Part shown: positions 43,748-53,197 of the stretch, piece after piece
Position numbering within the stretch: the stretch's first letter is position 1
Layout: each line of letters starts with the position of its first letter
Source: Candidatus Sysuimicrobiota bacterium
GTDB taxonomy: Bacteria > Sysuimicrobiota > Sysuimicrobiia > Sysuimicrobiales > Sysuimicrobiaceae
Length of the DNA: 64,000 bases
Assembly (NCBI GenBank): GCA_040289515.1
Contig: PSLI01000001.1
Span: 32,001 to 96,000 of the forward strand
Reading direction: 5' to 3'
The notes under the pieces: generated by a model
Told to the model about the DNA's origin: nothing
The model's input: the letters and a program-made list of their open reading frames with translations, nothing else
Databases searched by the model: none
Translations under genes and position numbers: made by a program

Positions 43748-45561
43748 CGGTACAAGGCCTCGATGAGATCCCCGTACTTCTCCAGGATGACCTTGCGCTT
43801 CACCTTCAGGGTGGGGGTGACCTCCCCGTCCTCCTGGTACAGCCGCTTGGGCAGCACGGCGAACCGCTTCACCTGCTCGGGGCTGCTGAGGGAGCAGTTC
43901 ACCCGGTCCACCTCCCGGGCGATGAGGTCGTGCACCTGCTCGTTGCTGCTCAGGTCTGCGAAGGTGGAAAATGGGATGCGCCGGTCCTGCGCCCAGCGCG
44001 CCACGTGGTCCTCGTCGATGACGATGAGGGCCACCAGGTAGGGACGGCGGTCACCCACCACCACGGCGTCGTGGATGTAGGGGCTGGCCTTCAGCAGGTT
44101 CTCCACGTAGGCGGGTGCGATGTTCTTTCCGTACGCGTTCACGATGAGGTCCTTCTTCCGGTCCGTGATGCGTAGGAAGCCCTCGGAGTCCATCTCCCCC
44201 ACGTCCCCGGAGTGCAGCCACCCGTCCCGGAGGGCCTGCGCGGTGGCCTCCGGGTCCTTGAAGTAGCCCGCGAACACGTTGGGGCCCCGCACGAGGATCT
44301 CCCCATCAGGGGCGAGGCGTACCTCCACCCCGGGGAGGGGCTGACCCACGGTGCCCAGGCGGATGCGGTCCCCCTGGTGGATGGTGGTGGGGCCGCTTCC
44401 CTCCGTCTGCCCGTACACCTCCCGGATCCGGACCCCCAGGGCGTGGTAGAATTCAAGGATCTCCGGTGCGATGGGGGCGGCCCCGGACACCGCGAACCGC
44501 ACCCGGTCCAGCCCCAGGCGGCACCGCAGCGGGCGCAGCACCAGACGGTCCCCTAGGGCGTGCGCCACCCGCAGGCCGAAGGGGACGTGAGCGCCCCGCA
44601 GCCGCGCGTGCGCGTAGCGCCTTCCCACCCGCAGGGCGACCTCGTACGCGAAGCGCTTGAAGCCGTCCGCCCCCCGCATGTGCAAGGTGAGCTGTGCGTG
44701 CAGCTTCTCCCACAGCCGGGGCACCGCGAACAGGATGGTGGGCCGAACCTCCTGCAGGTTCTGGAAGAGGGTATCGAGGCTCTCCGCGAAGTAGACGGTG
44801 TAGCCCCACACGAGGGGCAGGTACACGCTCAGCATGCGCTCCGCGATGTGGGACAGGGGCAAAAAGGACAGGGCCGTGTCGGTGGGGTACAGGGCGTTGG
44901 CCTGTCCGAGGGCCTGCGCGGTCCACAGGAGGTTGCGGTGCGTGAGCATGGCCCCCTTGGGCGGCCCCGTGGTGCCGGAGGTGTACAGCAGGATGGCTAC
45001 GTGGTCCTCCGCAGCCTGGTGCGCCAGGCGCTGTAGCCCGTCCGGGTCCCACGCGGCGCGGCCCAGGGCCCGCAGGTCCTCCAAGGTCATCACCTGAGGA
45101 TCGGAGAAGCCCTCCAGCCCCTCCGGGGCCATGACCACGATGCGTTCCAGGGCCGGCAGCCGGCCCCGTACCTCCAGGGCCTTGTCCAGCTGCTCTTCGT
45201 CCTCCACGAAGAACACCTGCGCCTCACTGTGGGCCAGGACGTACGCGCACTGCTCGGGCGGGTTGGTGGCGTACACCGCCACGGACAGGCCGCCCGCCAA
45301 GAGGATCCCCATGTCGCAGAACAGCCACTCGGGCCGGTTGTTGCCGATGATGGCGGCAGCCTGCCCGGGCCGGAAACCCAGGGCCAGCAGCCCGCACGCC
45401 ACCTCCTGAGCCGCACGGCCGTACTCGGCCCACGTGACCGGGTGCCACAGCCCCCGGCGCTTGTGCCACATGGCCACGCGTCCCCCGCGCTCCCGGATCG
45501 CCTGCAGGAAGCGTTGCGGCACGGTTCCGGTGGTGGTGCGCGCTAGTTCCAGGGTCGCCAT
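43744..45561 (-). CDS. Long-chain fatty-acid--CoA ligase (AMP-binding)
   Basis: YTSGTTGPPKG, FLPLSH, EVYGQTE, GWLHSGDVG, DRKKDLI and TPTLKVKR. Confidence 0.95.
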   Translation of the reverse strand: MATLELARTTTGTVPQRFLQAIRERGGRVAMWHKRRGLWHPVTWAEYGRAAQEVACGLLALGFRPGQAAAIIGNNRPEWLFCDMGILLAGGLSVAVYATNPPEQCAYVLAHSEAQVFFVEDEEQLDKALEVRGRLPALERIVVMAPEGLEGFSDPQVMTLEDLRALGRAAWDPDGLQRLAHQAAEDHVAILLYTSGTTGPPKGAMLTHRNLLWTAQALGQANALYPTDTALSFLPLSHIAERMLSVYLPLVWGYTVYFAESLDTLFQNLQEVRPTILFAVPRLWEKLHAQLTLHMRGADGFKRFAYEVALRVGRRYAHARLRGAHVPFGLRVAHALGDRLVLRPLRCRLGLDRVRFAVSGAAPIAPEILEFYHALGVRIREVYGQTEGSGPTTIHQGDRIRLGTVGQPLPGVEVRLAPDGEILVRGPNVFAGYFKDPEATAQALRDGWLHSGDVGEMDSEGFLRITDRKKDLIVNAYGKNIAPAYVENLLKASPYIHDAVVVGDRRPYLVALIVIDEDHVARWAQDRRIPFSTFADLSSNEQVHDLIAREVDRVNCSLSSPEQVKRFAVLPKRLYQEDGEVTPTLKVKRKVILEKYGDLIEALYR

Positions 45562-45638
45562 CGTCTCCCCCAACCAGTCCAGGCGCTTGCCTTGCTCTGC
45601 CCAGTAGGATACCCTTTTAGCACCGGGAGGTAGGAAGC

Positions 45639-45869
45639 ATGATCCGTCCACCCATCGAGACGCTGCTGGAGCGGGTGCCGAACAAGTACCTGCTGGTGGT
45701 GCTGGCCGCCAAGCGGGCGCGCGAGCTTCGTTCCGGGCAGCTGCCCCTGGTGGACGTGGACTCCCAGAACCCCGTGACCGTGGCCCTGGAGGAGATCGCC
45801 GCGGGCCGCCTCCGTCCGGAGATGCCGGAGCCTGTGGAGGCTATCTTCGCCAACCTGCCCAACCCGTAG
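45639..45869 (+). CDS. rpoZ: RNA polymerase omega subunit
   Basis: NKYLLVVLAAKRAREL and PVTVALEEI. Confidence 0.95.
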   Translation: MIRPPIETLLERVPNKYLLVVLAAKRARELRSGQLPLVDVDSQNPVTVALEEIAAGRLRPEMPEPVEAIFANLPNP

Positions 45870-45873
45870 CCAC

Positions 45874-46989
45874 CTAGCGCTGGAGCACCTCCTCCACGGG
45901 CGAGGCGGGTAGCCCGTGGGCCTCTGCTACGCGCGGGTGGGTGACGCGGCCGGCCACGACGTTGAGCCCGCGAGCCAGGGCCGGGTCCTGCCGGCAGGCC
46001 TCCCGCCACCCCTTGCGGGCCAGCGCGATGGCGTAGCTTACCGTGGCGTTGGTGAGGGCTACCGTGGAGGTGCGGGGGACAGCCGCGGGCATGTTGGTGA
46101 CCCCGTAGTGGATCACCCCGGACCACTCGTACACCGGGTCGCTGTGGGTGGTGGGCCGAATGGTCTCCACGCAGCCCCCCTGGTCCACGGACACGTCCAC
46201 GATCACCGACCCAGGCTTCATGACCCCCACCAGCTCCGCGGAAACCAGTTTGGGGGTGCGCGCGCCAGGGACGAGCACCGCGCCGATCAGCACGTCCGCG
46301 TAGCTGACCGCCTGCTCTACGGTGTACGGGTTGCTAGCCAGCACCTGGATACGGCCGTGCAGTACGTCGTCCAGGTGCGCCATGCGCCGCGGGTTGCGCT
46401 CCAGCACGGTCACCTGCGCCCCCATCCCCAGGGCCACCTTTGCCGCGTGGGTACCCGCCACCCCGCCGCCCAGGATCACCACCGTCCCGGGGGCGACCCC
46501 CGTGACCCCGCCCAGGAGGGTGCCCTTCCCGCCCTGTGTGCGCTTCAGGTAGTAGCTGGCCTCCTGCACGGCCAGCTTGCCGGCCACCTCGCTCATGGGT
46601 GTGAGCAGGGGAAGCTCGCCGTCGGGCAGCTGCACGGTCTCGTACGCCACCGCCACCGCGCCGGAGCGCAAAAGGGCGTGGGTGAGGGCCTCGTTCGCGG
46701 CCAGGTGAAGGTACGCGAACAGGACCAGGCCGGGTCGCAGATACCCGTACTCCTCGGGGAGGGGCTCCTTCACCTTCATCACCAGGTCGCAGCCCCACAC
46801 CTCTGCAGGGTCCCGGGTGATACGCGCGCCCCGGCCCGCGTACTCCTCGTCGGAGAACCCGCTGCCCTCCCCCGCGCCCGCCTCCACCACTACCTGGCAG
46901 CCGGACTCCACCAGCTGCATGACACCCGCGGGCGTCATGGCCACCCGGTACTCTCCGTCCTTCCGCTCCCGTGGGACGCCCACCCGCAT
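45874..46989 (-). CDS. ald: Alanine dehydrogenase
   Basis: MRVGVPRE, EYRVAMTP, KVKEP, YLHLA, PMSEVAG, DQGGC and NMPAAVPRTST. Confidence 0.97.
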   Translation of the reverse strand: MRVGVPRERKDGEYRVAMTPAGVMQLVESGCQVVVEAGAGEGSGFSDEEYAGRGARITRDPAEVWGCDLVMKVKEPLPEEYGYLRPGLVLFAYLHLAANEALTHALLRSGAVAVAYETVQLPDGELPLLTPMSEVAGKLAVQEASYYLKRTQGGKGTLLGGVTGVAPGTVVILGGGVAGTHAAKVALGMGAQVTVLERNPRRMAHLDDVLHGRIQVLASNPYTVEQAVSYADVLIGAVLVPGARTPKLVSAELVGVMKPGSVIVDVSVDQGGCVETIRPTTHSDPVYEWSGVIHYGVTNMPAAVPRTSTVALTNATVSYAIALARKGWREACRQDPALARGLNVVAGRVTHPRVAEAHGLPASPVEEVLQR

Positions 46990-47078
46990 TACCTCCTGTG
47001 GGATTCCGCGGGCGGGGGATCCTCCCCTGCTGGCCTCTGGCGCTACCATCGGCGGGGCTTGGCCGTGGGGGCCGACGG

Positions 47079-48262
47079 ATGCGAGCCGTAGACCTGCAGA
47101 CTGCGGGGTGGTGGGCGGCCTGTGCGGCAGCACGCCTGGCTTTGCTGTGGGTCCCGGGGCACCCCACAGACTTGGCCACCTTCCACGCATGGGCCCTGCA
47201 GCTGGCCGCGCACGGCCCCTGGCGCTTCTACGCGGGAGCCGGGTTCGTGGACTACCTGCCGGGCTACCTTGTGCTGCTGTGGCCTGTGGGCTACGTGGCG
47301 GGTAGCTACCCGCAGCTGGCGCACGTGCTGTTGAAAGCTTTGCCCGCCCTAGCGGACTTCGCCGTGGCGTCGCTGCTGGTGCGGTTGGGCGGCCGGGCGG
47401 CGGGGGTGGCATACCTGGCCAATCCGGCCACCCTGGTGGTGGGCGCGTGGTGGGGCCAGGTGGACAGGTGGAGTCGGTGGCTGCGGCGGCTTTCCTGGCT
47501 TGTGCGTGGGCTTGGGTGCGGGGCCGGGACGCGTGGTCCGGTGTTCTGTTCGGGCTGGGTGTGCTCACCAAACCGCAGTACGCCCCGGCGGCTGCGGTGC
47601 TGGTGTGGGGGCTGGGGGGGCTGCGTCGGGACAGGGTTACGTGGGCGCTGGCAGGATGCGGGGCTGTGGTCGCGCTGGGCAGCGTGTTGTTCGCGACCTC
47701 AGCGTGGCAGCTGGCCCGGCTGCTGCGTTCCGCCTCCGCCACCTACCCGTACGGGTCCGTCAACGCCCTCAACGTTTGGTACCTCGCGGGGCTGAACTGG
47801 AAGCCGGACGCCACGCGGGTGCTGGGGCTGCCGGCGCACGTGTGGGGGCTGGTGCTGGTAGCCGCCTACACGGCCTGGGTGGTGAGGCAGGCGGCCGGTC
47901 GGAAGGAAGTCCCGCTCGCGGCCCTGGCGGCGTCCGCGGCTTCCTTGGGGCTGTTTGTGTTCGCCACCCGCATGCACGAACGCTACCTGTTCTTCGCCCT
48001 GCCCCTAGCCCTGCTGGCGTGGGCAGGTGGGCGGCTCCCCGGGAGCCTGTGCGCGGCCCTGTCCATGGCAGCCGTGGCCAACCTGTTGTTCGGCCTCGCG
48101 TACCTGGCGCACTTCCCCCAGTACCCGGGCCCATGGACAGCGTTCGCGGCCTACCTCAGGCCCCCCGTCCCGGAGGCAGCGGCCGTGTTGGACTTGGTCC
48201 TGGTGGCATGGAAGGCCTGGCTCGTTCATTGGGCGGCTCGCGGTGCTACGCTGGAGCCGTGA
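47079..48262 (+). pseudogene. Multi-TM GT-C-type glycosyltransferase split by an 8-bp tandem duplication
   Basis: DYLPGY, LKALPALAD, NPA, WWGQV, then KPQY and TRMHERY in a second frame; CAGGTGGA is duplicated at 47457-47472. Confidence 0.8.
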
Positions 48263-48765
48263 GGGGCAGCGTCAGCACCAGCGACCGCCTGCGGGCCGTA
48301 GCGGAGGAGTACGTGCGTGCCCTTCGCCGCGAGCTACAGGACCGGTTGGTCTCCGCGGTGCTGTTTGGATCCGTGGCCCGAGGCGAAGCAGGCCCCATCT
48401 CAGACGTGGACCTACTGGTGGTGGCAGAGGGTCTGCCGGAGGCGCGACTCCAAAGGCACCAGGTGCTGGCCGGACCGGACGAGGCGGTGGAACCCCTCCT
48501 GCGGGCGTTGCGGCGGGAGGGGATCCTGGCGGACGTGCGCCCCATCCTGAAGACCCCCGAGGAGGCCTCACGGCCCCGCATGCTGTACCTGGATCTGGTG
48601 GAGGACGCGGTGCTGCTGTACGACCGGGACGGCTTCTTCGCCGGGATACTGGAGCGGATGCGCGGGAGCCTGCAGCGGCTGGGGGCGCGCAGGATCCGGC
48701 GGGGCGGTCTCCGCTACTGGGACCTGAAGCCCGACTACAAGCCCGGCGAGGTGTTTGAGATTTGA
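48259..48765 (+). CDS. Minimal nucleotidyltransferase (MNT)
   Basis: LFGSVARG...SDVDLLVV (GS-X10-DxD); C-terminal YWDLKPDYKPGEVFEI. Confidence 0.9.
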   Translation: MRGSVSTSDRLRAVAEEYVRALRRELQDRLVSAVLFGSVARGEAGPISDVDLLVVAEGLPEARLQRHQVLAGPDEAVEPLLRALRREGILADVRPILKTPEEASRPRMLYLDLVEDAVLLYDRDGFFAGILERMRGSLQRLGARRIRRGGLRYWDLKPDYKPGEVFEI

Positions 48766-49181
48766 CCAACCGCACGACGGCCCGTGCCTACGTGGAGCAG
48801 GCCGGGGTGATCCTGGAGGAGGCGAAGTCCCTGCGCGAACGCGGTGCCTGGAACCTTGTCGTGCGGCGGTGTCAGGAGTCCGTGGAGCTCAGCCTCAAGG
48901 GCGCCCTGCGGGCGGTGGGGGTGGAGGTCCCGAAGGTGCATGACGTGGGCTTGACCGTGCAGGAGCACGCGGGTCGGTTTCCAGCGCACCTCCGAGGGCA
49001 GGTGTCCCGGATGGTGCTGATCTCCCGGAGACTTGGTCGGGAGCGGGAGCTGGCCTTTTACGGCGATGAGGACGCGGGCACCCCGCCCCAGGCCCTGTAC
49101 CGGGAGCAGGACGCGGAGCTGGCCCTTCAGGACGCACAGCAAGCTTTCCGCTGGGCCCAGGCGGTCCTGGAAGGTGCCTGA
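48762..49181 (+). CDS. HEPN domain protein
   Basis: QESVELSLKGAL, PKVHDV and RELAFYG; TTGA overlap with MNT. Confidence 0.88.
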   Translation: MTNRTTARAYVEQAGVILEEAKSLRERGAWNLVVRRCQESVELSLKGALRAVGVEVPKVHDVGLTVQEHAGRFPAHLRGQVSRMVLISRRLGRERELAFYGDEDAGTPPQALYREQDAELALQDAQQAFRWAQAVLEGA

Positions 49182-49190
49182 CAGGGCGTC

Positions 49191-49913
49191 TTAGCTCCTC
49201 AGCTCACCCCGCAGCCTCCAAAGCTCCAGGAAGGCCCGCAGCACCACGTCCGGCCGGGCCCCGCTCTGCCTGCCCCACGGCCGGGGGTAGTGCGGGACCC
49301 CAGCCTCCACGATGCGGGCACCGCACCGGGCAGCTCGGCAGAGGAGCTCGGTGCTTAGGAACGCCCCCGTGGCCCGCAAGGGCAGCTCTTGCACCACCTT
49401 CGTCCGCAGGAGCTTGAAGCCGCAGTCCACGTCCCGTACCCGCACCCCGAACCACATGCGCACGAGGGTGTTCCAAAGCCACGCGAACAGCCTCCGGTGG
49501 GGGGGGTCCCGGCGGCGAAGGCGGTAGCCCACCACCAGGTCCGCAGAGGCCGCGTGGGGTAGCAGCCGCACCACGTCCCCGGGGTCGAACTGGCCGTCCC
49601 CGTCCACCAGGAGCACCCACGGGTAGCGGGCGGAGAAAAAGCCCGTGCGCAGCGCAGCCCCGTAGCCCCGGTTCCTGTCGTGGCGCACCACGCGCACCCT
49701 GGGGTCCTCCGCGGCCAGGGCCTCCGCCACGTGCGGGGTGCGGTCTGTGCTGCCGTCGTCCACCACGATCACCTCGAAGGGTACCTGCAACGCCTCCAGG
49801 GCGCGGACTGCGGCCCGCACCACCCCTTCCACGTTCCCCTGTTCGTTGTGGCACGGCAGAAACGCGCTGACCCCGCCGCAGACAGCTGCCAGGTCCTCGG
49901 GTCGCAAGCTCAC
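49191..49913 (-). CDS. GT2 polyprenol-phosphate glycosyltransferase (DPM synthase-like)
   Basis: PCHNE, VVDDGSTDRT, NRGYGAAL, DGDGQF and DVDCGFKL. Confidence 0.92.
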   Translation of the reverse strand: MSLRPEDLAAVCGGVSAFLPCHNEQGNVEGVVRAAVRALEALQVPFEVIVVDDGSTDRTPHVAEALAAEDPRVRVVRHDRNRGYGAALRTGFFSARYPWVLLVDGDGQFDPGDVVRLLPHAASADLVVGYRLRRRDPPHRRLFAWLWNTLVRMWFGVRVRDVDCGFKLLRTKVVQELPLRATGAFLSTELLCRAARCGARIVEAGVPHYPRPWGRQSGARPDVVLRAFLELWRLRGELRS

Positions 49914-50263
49914 GCGCTGCTGCTCACCAGCACCAACCCCACCAGGATGGCCGCGATGCCGGCCACCCGCACCACGGGGATGGCCTCGCCGAACACATAC
50001 GCGGAGGCCAACAGGACGATCACGTATCCGAGGGACAGGAGGGGGTACGCGAGGCTCAGGGGCGCCCGTGAGAGCACCACGATCCACAGGATGCTGGCCA
50101 CCCCGTACAGGCCGAAGCCCACCAGGATATGGGGGTTGGTAACGATCCGCCACAGGAGCAGGCCTACGTCGGTCACCCCGCACACCCGCAGGGCCCCCAT
50201 CTTGAGCAGCACCTGGCCTGCGGCTCCCAGCACCACGGAGATGAGGATCAGTACCAGCGTCAT
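49910..50263 (-). CDS. EamA/SMR small membrane protein (ArnE/ArnF-like flippase)
   Basis: 117 aa with four TMs; GQVLLK, LSLAYP and FGEAI. Confidence 0.85.
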   Translation of the reverse strand: MTLVLILISVVLGAAGQVLLKMGALRVCGVTDVGLLLWRIVTNPHILVGFGLYGVASILWIVVLSRAPLSLAYPLLSLGYVIVLLASAYVFGEAIPVVRVAGIAAILVGLVLVSSSA

Positions 50264-50288
50264 GGAGCGCCCCCGCTTGTCCGGCGTG

Positions 50289-51473
50289 TTACACCCAGGA
50301 GCGGGTCCAGGCCCACCAGCGCAGCCACCCCGCCGGGACCGGGTAGGCGGTGAGGACCGGCAGCTGATAGCCGAACACCACACCCGCAAGCGCCCAGTAC
50401 GCAGCCGCCCAGCCCGGCCACCGCTCCCGGACCCGCTCCAGGGCCGCGGCCACGGCCAGGTACCCGAAGGGCAGCACCGGAGTGAAATGGTACACGAACA
50501 GCAGCCGGCCCACGAAGGCGTAGGGGAAGTAGCTCAGCACGAACCCGGCCACCGCGAAGGCCAGAGCGGGGCAGGTGCGGGCCTGCCGGGCCGTCAGGGC
50601 CACCGCGGGCAGCACCGCCCACCACACCACGGGGTTGCCCACCGCGAAGATGCCCTTCATCCACCCGCCGTGCGCCTCGTAGTGGTACCACATGGGGCGC
50701 AGCAAAAGCGGCCAGGACCACCACGGGCTTGCGTACGGGTGGGTGGCCTGCAGGGTGGCGTGGTACCGGTACATGTTGCCGTGCAGCCGCACCAGCTCCG
50801 CGAGGGTCTCCCCGCGGAAGGCGTGCGGCAGGTAGCTGGCACCGTACACCAGCACGGGCGCGGCCACCAGGGTCGCGGCCAGGGCCCACCAGGGCCACGC
50901 AGCGCCGGCGCGCTTGGCCGTCCACACCAGTACGGCCAGTACGGCCAGGGAAGCCAGGCCCGTCCACTTGGTGGCGCACGCGGCTCCCGCGGCGGCTCCT
51001 GCGGCCACCAGCCAGCCCCACCGGCCGGTGCGCACCGCCGCCCAGCCGAAGGCGTAGGCCAGCACCCCGAAGGTCACCAGGAACACCTCGGGCTTGGCAA
51101 TACGGGACTCCACCAGCAGCATGGAGTCCAGCGCTCCCAGGGCAGCCACCGACAGCCCCACGGAGGGCCTTCCCGTGGCCAGGGTCCCGAACGCGTACAG
51201 GGCAACGATCAGCAGTGTCCCGAAGACCGCGGGCAGCAGCCGCCAGCCCCGGGCGTTGAAGCCCAGAAGGCGCACCCCCACCGCCACCAAGAGCTTGGAC
51301 AAAGGGGGGTGGGTCCACTCGTACAGGGGCTGGCCCGAAAGGTACTCCCGGGCGGTGCGGGCGTAGTAGATCTCGTCGAAGACCTGCCCAGGCGGTTGGT
51401 CGAGCCGCCAGAACCGCAACCCCGCGGATAGCAGCACCAGGGCCAGAAGCCACCTTGCCGGGCGGTGCGCCAT
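50289..51473 (-). CDS. Phospholipid-carrier-dependent glycosyltransferase (GT39/PMT-like)
   Basis: LRFWRL, VFDEIYY, HPPLSK, GWRL, TKWTG, HPYASPWWSWP and LFVYHF; ATG 7 nt after a -10 element. Confidence 0.88.
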   Translation of the reverse strand: MAHRPARWLLALVLLSAGLRFWRLDQPPGQVFDEIYYARTAREYLSGQPLYEWTHPPLSKLLVAVGVRLLGFNARGWRLLPAVFGTLLIVALYAFGTLATGRPSVGLSVAALGALDSMLLVESRIAKPEVFLVTFGVLAYAFGWAAVRTGRWGWLVAAGAAAGAACATKWTGLASLAVLAVLVWTAKRAGAAWPWWALAATLVAAPVLVYGASYLPHAFRGETLAELVRLHGNMYRYHATLQATHPYASPWWSWPLLLRPMWYHYEAHGGWMKGIFAVGNPVVWWAVLPAVALTARQARTCPALAFAVAGFVLSYFPYAFVGRLLFVYHFTPVLPFGYLAVAAALERVRERWPGWAAAYWALAGVVFGYQLPVLTAYPVPAGWLRWWAWTRSWV

Positions 51474-51584
51474 CGAGTGCATGGTAGCGCGCACCCTTGA
51501 CACCGCCAACGGTCGGCGCTGAGCCGGGACTTCTGTTTTCCATCCCGTGGCCGCCCCCAGGGGCCTGCGGTATACTCGGCGTGG

Positions 51585-51661
51585 GGCGGCGTAGCTCAGT
51601 TGGCCAGAGCACGCGGTTCATACCCGCGGTGTCGGGGGTTCGAAGCCCTCCGCCGCCACCA
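51585..51661 (+). tRNA. tRNA-Met (CAT), elongator type
   Basis: Acceptor GGCGGCG/CGCCGCC, A73 and CCA; arm CGCGG-TTCATAC-CCGCG; TATACT -10 at 51571-51576. Confidence 0.93.
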
Positions 51662-51676
51662 CGGGGCTAATTAGGG

Positions 51677-53161
51677 TTGTCTATCCACGCGCGACCGCAG
51701 GCTCAGTCGCCGGGCGCGGCCCGCCGGATCCGCGAGCAGCTGCTCAGCACCGTGCGCCGCACCGTGGACGCTTATGAACTTCTGCCGGAGGGCGTGCGGG
51801 TGCTGGCCGCGTGCTCCGGGGGCGGTGACTCCGTGGCCCTGGTTCACCTCCTGGCCCGGCTGGCGGCCGACAGGCGCTGGGAGGTGTACGTGGGGCACGT
51901 GCACCATGGGCTGCGGTCCTCCGCGGACGGGGACGCGGCGTTTGTCGCGGAGCTGGCTGGACGCCTGGGCCTGCCGTGCTTGACGCGCAGGTTGCGGGGT
52001 CTTGGGGGGCCCAACGGGGAGGCGAGGTCCCGAGCAGCCCGTTACGCGGCCCTGGCAGAGATGGCGCGCGAGGCGGGCGCGCAGGCGGTAGCCACGGGGC
52101 ACACTCTGGACGACCAGGCAGAGACGGTGCTGCTGCGCCTCCTTCGGGGGACCGGGGTGGCGGGGCTGTCGGGAATCCTGCCCCGCAGGCCGCTGGCGGC
52201 CGGAGTGGATCTCGTGCGTCCGCTTCTGTGGTGCCGTCGCCAGCAGCTGCGGCAGTTCCTGACGGAGGAAGGAGAGGCCTGGCGGGAGGACGAGACCAAC
52301 GCGGACCTGCGCCACGCCCGCAACCGAGTCCGCGCGCGCTGGATGCCCCTGTTGAGCACCGAGAACCCACGGCTTGCCGAAGCCCTGGCCCAGCTGGCGG
52401 AGGTGGTGCGGGAGGAGGAGTCGGTGTGGGCCGAGCAGGTGGCTCGAATCGTCCACCAGCTGGCCTGTCCCGCGCAGGGCGGTTGGACGGTCACGTTGCG
52501 GGAGTTCTGCCGCCTGCCGGTGGCGCTGCAGCGGCGGGTGCTGCGGGAGCTGGTGGGAAACCTGCGCGCCCCACGGTTCGTTCAATTGGAGCAAGCGCGT
52601 CGCCTGGTTTGCAGCGAGCAGCCAGGCCAGGAGCTGGCGTTCGGAGGAGGTGTGCGTCTGCAGGTGGGGTCGGACAGCTTCTGGGTCGGCGTACCGAGCC
52701 AGCCGCCCGAGTACGAGCCGGTGCCGCTTCCGGTGCCGGGGCGGTGCCTGGTGGCGGAGCTGGGTGTACTGGTGGAAGCCCGGGTGGAGCCCCTGGAGGC
52801 CCGCGGGGGGGGCTGGTGGGAAGCGGAGCTGGACGTGCGCTGGGTGCAGCGGGAGCTGGTGGTTCGCACCCGCAAGCCAGGGGATCGCATCCGGCTGGCG
52901 GTGGGCACCCGGAAGCTGCAGGACCTGCTGGTGGACCTGCGGGTCCCCCGGTGGGAGCGGGACCGCGTGCCCCTGGTGGCGAGCCGGGACGGGGAGGTTG
53001 TGTGGGTGGTGGGGCGCCGGGTGGCGGACGCGGCGCGGCCGGCCCCGGAAGCCTCGCACTGCCTGCGACTGCGGGCGTGGCCTTTGGAGGCGGGGCCTAC
53101 ATCCGGCCGGCCGGACGTCGATGGTATACTGGGTGAGCAGCCGCCGGCCGGCTGCGGCTGA
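51677..53161 (+). CDS. tilS: tRNA(Ile)-lysidine synthase
   Basis: SGGGDS PP-loop, HHGLR, RAARY, HTLDDQAET, RPLL, RNRVR and C-terminal RKLQDLL. Confidence 0.95.
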   Translation: MSIHARPQAQSPGAARRIREQLLSTVRRTVDAYELLPEGVRVLAACSGGGDSVALVHLLARLAADRRWEVYVGHVHHGLRSSADGDAAFVAELAGRLGLPCLTRRLRGLGGPNGEARSRAARYAALAEMAREAGAQAVATGHTLDDQAETVLLRLLRGTGVAGLSGILPRRPLAAGVDLVRPLLWCRRQQLRQFLTEEGEAWREDETNADLRHARNRVRARWMPLLSTENPRLAEALAQLAEVVREEESVWAEQVARIVHQLACPAQGGWTVTLREFCRLPVALQRRVLRELVGNLRAPRFVQLEQARRLVCSEQPGQELAFGGGVRLQVGSDSFWVGVPSQPPEYEPVPLPVPGRCLVAELGVLVEARVEPLEARGGGWWEAELDVRWVQRELVVRTRKPGDRIRLAVGTRKLQDLLVDLRVPRWERDRVPLVASRDGEVVWVVGRRVADAARPAPEASHCLRLRAWPLEAGPTSGRPDVDGILGEQPPAGCG

Positions 53162-53197
53162 CCGGCGCGGTGCCCGCGAGAACGGGAGGACGGTGCG

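Noticed and set aside
48762..49181. HEPN protein as an active RNase toxin or defence effector
   Set aside because: No clear R-X4-6-H motif (it reads RELAFY). MNT-HEPN pairs of this type are common in thermophiles, so no novelty is claimed.
51585..51661. tRNA-CAT next to tilS as the TilS substrate tRNA-Ile2
   Set aside because: The GGCGGCG acceptor and UUCAUAC loop resemble elongator tRNA-Met rather than Ile2 (CUCAUAA loop). It also lacks the initiator C1:A72 mismatch. An isotype-specific model would settle it.
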